Assembly (NCBI GenBank): GCA_965202985.1
Contig: CBDBCF010000001.1
Coordinates: 544,001-608,000, forward strand
Direction: 5' to 3'
Origin: Longimicrobiales bacterium
Lineage (GTDB): Bacteria > Gemmatimonadota > Gemmatimonadetes > Longimicrobiales > Gaopeijiaceae
DNA: 64,000 bases
Shown here in pieces: positions 59,397 through 64,000 of this stretch (positions within the stretch are counted from its first letter, which is position 1; every line of letters begins with the position of its first letter). Both the position numbers and the translations under genes were made by a program. Under the pieces are notes generated by a model, which was not told where the DNA came from, made no database searches, and saw only the letters and a list, made by a program, of their open reading frames with translations.

Positions 59397-62300
59397 TTGA
59401 GCGCGCGGCCACCGGGCGGAAGCGTTTCGGGCGATGTTCGCGCGGAGGACGTTCGCGCGGAGGAAGAGGCTGCCGCGGTCGCTCGGGGCGCCTTTGGCAT
59501 CGAGGGCGCGGCTTGGGCCCTTCCGGGCGAGTTCGACCTGAACTTCAAGGTTGCGGCGCCGGGGCGGACCATGGTGCTCAAGATCGCCCCGACGGCGCGG
59601 CATTTGGCCTTGGAGCTGGCCGCTGCTTGCGTTGCGCACGTCGGGCGCGCGCGCCTGTCCCGAAGCGTTCCGCGCCTAGTGCCGCCTGCCGGTCGCGCGC
59701 AGCGGTCGGGGGAAGGCGCCAAAGGCACCCCCGCCGATGCTGGGGCCAGGGGTGCGTCGCCCATCGTGGACGTGGCGTTTCGGGGCCAGCCTCACGTGGC
59801 GACGGCGTTCACATGGGTGGAAGGTATCCCGCTGGCGGAGCTGCGGCCTCGCAGCGCGGCGGTGCTGGAGGCGCTGGGCGCCTTTCTGGCCGAGCTTGGG
59901 CGTTCGTTGTCGGGGTTCGATCACCCCGCGTTGGATCGCCGGTTCCCGTGGCGGCTCGAGTCGGCGCGGCAGACGGTGGAGGCGCACGTGGATCTGCTGG
60001 CCCCCGAGGAAGCCGCGCTGGTTCGGGCGACGGCGGAGCGCGCGTGGCGGCGGGCGGGTCCAGCTGTCGGCGAGCTGCCGCGCGGCGTGATCCACAACGA
60101 CGCCAACGACTACAACGTGCTGATCCATCCGTCGTTGCCGGCGCCGCAGCTGTCGGGCGTCATCGACTTCGGCGACGTGGCGAAGGGCTGGCGAGTCGCG
60201 GACCCGGCGGTGGCCGCGGCCTACGCCATGACGGAGTTGCCGGACCCGTTGGAGGCGGCGTGCGCCGTGGCGCGCGGCTGCTCGGCGGAGCGGCGGCTGG
60301 ACGCGGCGGAGTGCCGGGCGTTCCTGCCGTTGGCCGCGCTGCGCCTCTGCCTGTCGGTGTGCATCCAGGCGCGGCAGATGCGGGAGCAACCCGAAAACGA
60401 CTACTTGGCCGTGAGCCAGGCGCCGGCGTGGGCGCTTCTGAGGCGGCTCTCGGGGATCGACTGGCGCTTGGCGGAGTTTCGGGTGCGCGGTGCGTGCGGC
60501 CTGGAGCCCAACCCGGCCCGCGGGACCGTGTCCAAGTGGATCGTCCGTGCCCGCCCCCGGTCGCCGATCATGTCGCCCCAGGTGCTGGCCCGGCCCTGCG
60601 TGCTGGACCTTTCGGCGGCAAGCCCGGACCTGCCGTACGCCGCCGAGGCCGCCTCCGTCGACGACGCGATCCGCTGGGTCGAAGAATCGATCTCGGCGGC
60701 CGACGCCACCGCTGGAATCGGGCGCTACGGCGAGGCGCGGCTTCTCTACGACGCCCTCGGCTTCAAGTCGCGCGGCAACGACGGCCCGGAAGCGCGAACG
60801 GTGCACCTGGGGCTGGACGTCTTCGCACCTGCCGGGTCCGAGGTTCGCGCCCCAATGAGCGGCACGGTCGTCTCGGTCGCGGACAACGGCCAGGAGCTCG
60901 ACTACGGTCCCACGGTGATTCTGCGCCACGTTGCCGAGTGCGGGGCCGGGTTCCACACGCTGTACGGCCACCTGGACCGCGCCACACTGGACCACTTGAC
61001 GCCAGGCGACGCGGTCTCGGCCGGCGACGTCGTGGGCTGGCTGGGCGACTTCACCGCGAACGGCGGATGGCCGCCCCACCTGCACTTCCAAGTCGTGGCC
61101 CTGGACCCGCTCTTCGACCCGGACGCGCGCGACTTTGCGGCGCCGACCCAGGCGGGTCGCTCCCCGCGCCCAGGCCGCAGCAACTTTCCGGGCGTCGCCA
61201 GACCCCGCTTGCGGGCGCTTTGGGAATCTGTCTCCCCCGATCCCACGGCCTTGGCCGGGCTGCCTGGGCACAGCTCGGAGGGCGACGACGGCGGAGGCGC
61301 TTCGGGCGCCCGGGACGCTGCCGACGACGACCCGGGGGCGTTCGGCGCGACACGGGACCCGAGCGCCGAGGCCCGTCGAATCCTGCGAACCCGGCACGCC
61401 CGCATGGCGCCGAACCTGGGCCTGTCGTACGACCGGCCCGTTCACGTGGTTCGCGGCGCGGGCACCTGCCTCTTCGACAGCGAGGGGCGGCGTTACCTGG
61501 ACACGGTCAACAACGTGGCCCACGTCGGGCACTCCAACCCCCGAGTCGCGCGGGCGATCGCCCGCCAGAGCCGAGTCCTGAACACCAATACGCGATACCT
61601 CCACGGCGAGATCGCGACGCTGGCCGAAGAGCTGACGGCCCGCTTCCCCGCCCCGCTCGAAGTGGTCTTTCTGGTGTGCTCGGGCAGCGAGGCCAACGAG
61701 CTGGCCCTTCGCTTGGCGCGTCGCCACACGGGCCGCGAGGGCGTGGTCGTGCTCGAAGGCGGGTACCACGGCAACACCGGCGGCCTGGTCGAGATCAGTC
61801 CGTACAAGTTCGACGGTCCGGGCGGGGGAGGGCGAAGCGCGCGCGTCGCCGTGGCCCCCATGCCCGATCCCTACCGGGGTCGGCACCGACGCGACCTGGC
61901 CGCCGGAACGCCGGACGCGGACCTGGGCGCTCGCTACGCCGAGGGGGTCGCACGGGCGCTGGCGGAGCTGTCGGCGCGCGGGCCGGGGGCGGCGGCGTTC
62001 GTGGCGGAGGGGATCCTGGGCTGCGGGGGACAGATCGAACCGCCCGTCGGGTACTTGCAGGCCGCCTACGCGCACACGCGTCGAGCGGGGGGCGTCTGCG
62101 TGGCGGACGAGGTGCAGACCGGCTTCGGGCGGGTGGGCGACGCCTTTTGGAGCTTCGAGCTTCAAGGGGTCGCGCCCGACATCGTCACGCTGGGCAAGCC
62201 CATGGGCAACGGCCACCCGGTTGCCGCCGTGGTGACCACTCGCGAGATCGCCGCCTCGTTCGACGACGGCATGGAGTACTTCAACACCTTCGGCGGCAAC

Positions 62301-62690
62301 CCCGTGTCGTGCGCGGCGGCCCGGGCCGTCCTGGCGGAGATCCGGGACCGGGAGCTGCAACGTAGCGCCCGGGAGGTCGGCGGCTTCCTCTTGGATCGCC
62401 TTCGCGGGCTGGCCGACCGCTTTCCGATCGTCGGGGACGTCCGGGGGCGCGGTCTGTTCCTGGGCGTCGAACTCGTTCGCGACCCGGAGTCCCGGACGCC
62501 GTTCCCCGAGGCCGCCGCCTACGTGGTGAACCGAATGCGCGCGCGCAGCGTCCTCACGAGCACCGACGGCCCCGACGCCAACGTGCTGAAGATCAAGCCG
62601 CCGATGGTCTTCTCGTTCGAAGACGCGGCACACCTGGCCGACGAGCTGGAGGTGGTCCTGAGCGAATCGGCGCTGCAGGCCGCCCCTTGA
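59397..62690 (+). CDS. APH-type kinase - M23-like - class III aminotransferase fusion
   Basis: HNDANDYN..IDFGD; HLGLD/HLHFQ; ADEVQTGFGR, TLGKPMGNG; start uncertain. Confidence 0.88.
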   Translation: MSARPPGGSVSGDVRAEDVRAEEEAAAVARGAFGIEGAAWALPGEFDLNFKVAAPGRTMVLKIAPTARHLALELAAACVAHVGRARLSRSVPRLVPPAGRAQRSGEGAKGTPADAGARGASPIVDVAFRGQPHVATAFTWVEGIPLAELRPRSAAVLEALGAFLAELGRSLSGFDHPALDRRFPWRLESARQTVEAHVDLLAPEEAALVRATAERAWRRAGPAVGELPRGVIHNDANDYNVLIHPSLPAPQLSGVIDFGDVAKGWRVADPAVAAAYAMTELPDPLEAACAVARGCSAERRLDAAECRAFLPLAALRLCLSVCIQARQMREQPENDYLAVSQAPAWALLRRLSGIDWRLAEFRVRGACGLEPNPARGTVSKWIVRARPRSPIMSPQVLARPCVLDLSAASPDLPYAAEAASVDDAIRWVEESISAADATAGIGRYGEARLLYDALGFKSRGNDGPEARTVHLGLDVFAPAGSEVRAPMSGTVVSVADNGQELDYGPTVILRHVAECGAGFHTLYGHLDRATLDHLTPGDAVSAGDVVGWLGDFTANGGWPPHLHFQVVALDPLFDPDARDFAAPTQAGRSPRPGRSNFPGVARPRLRALWESVSPDPTALAGLPGHSSEGDDGGGASGARDAADDDPGAFGATRDPSAEARRILRTRHARMAPNLGLSYDRPVHVVRGAGTCLFDSEGRRYLDTVNNVAHVGHSNPRVARAIARQSRVLNTNTRYLHGEIATLAEELTARFPAPLEVVFLVCSGSEANELALRLARRHTGREGVVVLEGGYHGNTGGLVEISPYKFDGPGGGGRSARVAVAPMPDPYRGRHRRDLAAGTPDADLGARYAEGVARALAELSARGPGAAAFVAEGILGCGGQIEPPVGYLQAAYAHTRRAGGVCVADEVQTGFGRVGDAFWSFELQGVAPDIVTLGKPMGNGHPVAAVVTTREIAASFDDGMEYFNTFGGNPVSCAAARAVLAEIRDRELQRSAREVGGFLLDRLRGLADRFPIVGDVRGRGLFLGVELVRDPESRTPFPEAAAYVVNRMRARSVLTSTDGPDANVLKIKPPMVFSFEDAAHLADELEVVLSESALQAAP

Positions 62691-62714
62691 CGCGGAGCGG
62701 GCGCGCCCTGCGGC

Positions 62715-63347
62715 CTACGGACTAAGGCGCCGGCGGATCCACCCCGAACCGTCTGCGGGGCGTTCGTACGCGAACCGGTCGTGGAGCCGATGGGGTCCTT
62801 CCTGCCAAAACTCCACGGCCTCCGGCTCTACGCGGAACCCGGACCAGTGAGGCGGACGGGGAACCGGCCCGTCTCCGAACTCCTGCTCGCGGGCGGCGAC
62901 GGCCGCCTCCAGGGCCCGGCGACTCTCGATCGGCCAGCTCTGTCGCGAAGCCCATGCGCCGATGCGGCTGCCCAGGGGACGACCGGCGTAGTAGGCGTCG
63001 GCCTCTTCGGAGGACACGGGCGACACGGGGCCGCGCACTCGGACTTGCCGGCCCTGACCGCTGGGCGGCTGCCAGTGAAAGGTCAGCCCGGCCCTGGCGT
63101 GCCGGCTCAGAGCGCAGGCCTTGTTCGACTTCAAATTGGTGTAGAAGACGAAGCCTCGGGCGTCGCAATGCCTGACCAGAACCATCCGGCCCTCCGGTGT
63201 CCGGTTCGGCCCCAAGGTGGACAAGCACGCCGCCTCCGCGAGCACGACGCCCGGGTCGGCCTGGGCTTCGGCGAACCAAAGGCGGAACTGCTCGACCGGA
63301 TCGTCGGAGAGATCGCCCGCCGACAACGCGCGCCAGCGACTGCCCAC
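62715..63347 (-). CDS. pdxH: Pyridoxamine 5'-phosphate oxidase
   Basis: RMVL, FVFYTN, RQVRV, RPPHWSGF, EFWQ..RLHDR. Confidence 0.92.
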   Translation of the reverse strand: MGSRWRALSAGDLSDDPVEQFRLWFAEAQADPGVVLAEAACLSTLGPNRTPEGRMVLVRHCDARGFVFYTNLKSNKACALSRHARAGLTFHWQPPSGQGRQVRVRGPVSPVSSEEADAYYAGRPLGSRIGAWASRQSWPIESRRALEAAVAAREQEFGDGPVPRPPHWSGFRVEPEAVEFWQEGPHRLHDRFAYERPADGSGWIRRRLSP

Positions 63348-63354
63348 TTGCGGT

Positions 63355-64000
63355 CTAGGCCCCCGTCCCCGCGGGGCTCGGCATCCCCATCTGGTGCGCC
63401 AGCGACTCTTCCAGCCCCGGGAACGCGAACTCGAACCCTGTGCTTCGGGACGCCTCCGGCAGCACGCGGGCGCCCTCCAACAGCAGCGTCGTTCCCATCT
63501 CGCCGAAGAGCCCCTTGACCGCCAGCGACGGCACGGGCACCAGCGTCGGACGCTTGAGCACCCGACCCAGAACCGTGGCGAACGTGGCGTTGGGCACGGG
63601 GTTCGGCGCCGTGGCGTTCATCGGCCCGCGCGCGGACGGCGTCGTCACGGCGTGGAAGATCAGCGCGACCAAGTCGTCGTGGTCGATCCAGCTCACGTAC
63701 TGGCGCCCCGATCCCAACCGACCGCCGACGCCCAGCTTGAACGGCAAAAGCATGGTTCCCAGAGCGCCCCCGGCGGGGCTGAGCACAAGTCCGGCGCGCA
63801 CGTTGACGACGCGAACCCCGGACCGCTTCGCCTTGTTCGCCTCCGCTTCCCACACTTGGCAGAGGTCCGGCAGGAAACCCTTGCCCGGCTTGGAGTCCTC
63901 GTCCACGCGCTCGGCCCCTCGATTGCCGTAGACGCCGATCGCCGAAGCCGACACCAGCACTTCCGGCGGGTCGCGCAGCACGTTCAGCGCTTCCACCAAG
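63355..64000 (-). CDS. TIGR01777-family NAD-dependent epimerase (5' truncated)
   Basis: SASAIGVYG, FLPDLCQVWE, GSGRQYVSWI, GPMNATAPNP. Confidence 0.9.
   Translation of the reverse strand, partial: LVEALNVLRDPPEVLVSASAIGVYGNRGAERVDEDSKPGKGFLPDLCQVWEAEANKAKRSGVRVVNVRAGLVLSPAGGALGTMLLPFKLGVGGRLGSGRQYVSWIDHDDLVALIFHAVTTPSARGPMNATAPNPVPNATFATVLGRVLKRPTLVPVPSLAVKGLFGEMGTTLLLEGARVLPEASRSTGFEFAFPGLEESLAHQMGMPSPAGTGA

Overview
High-GC bacterial chromosomal window. The gene content (lipoproteins with Ig repeats, a leishmanolysin-like protease, an autotransporter-like barrel, many 6-bladed beta-propellers, TAT-signal enzymes) suggests a Gemmatimonadota-like, possibly host-associated organism; this is inference only. 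About 50 CDS mix housekeeping/metabolic genes (thyX, speB, pdxH, amidohydrolases, aminotransferases, CoA-transferase, multicopper oxidase) with TA/defence modules (XRE-HipA, C5-MTase + GHKL/PD-(D/E)xK restriction enzyme, AbrB-VapC-Fic, AlbA_2 pseudogene, AAA_21+DUF4276-like). No rRNA, tRNA, CRISPR or transposase was recognised. The most notable structure is at 31.7-46.4 kb. An ECF sigma factor with no recognisable anti-sigma is followed by three cassettes sharing a promoter-like motif GTAAACC-N16/17-CATCTA. Each cassette encodes small secreted four-cysteine peptides upstream of a paralogous beta-propeller lipoprotein, and cassette 1 adds a CxxC thioredoxin-like protein. Three of the four peptide genes are hidden by frameshifts or a lost start codon and are not captured intact by the ORF track.
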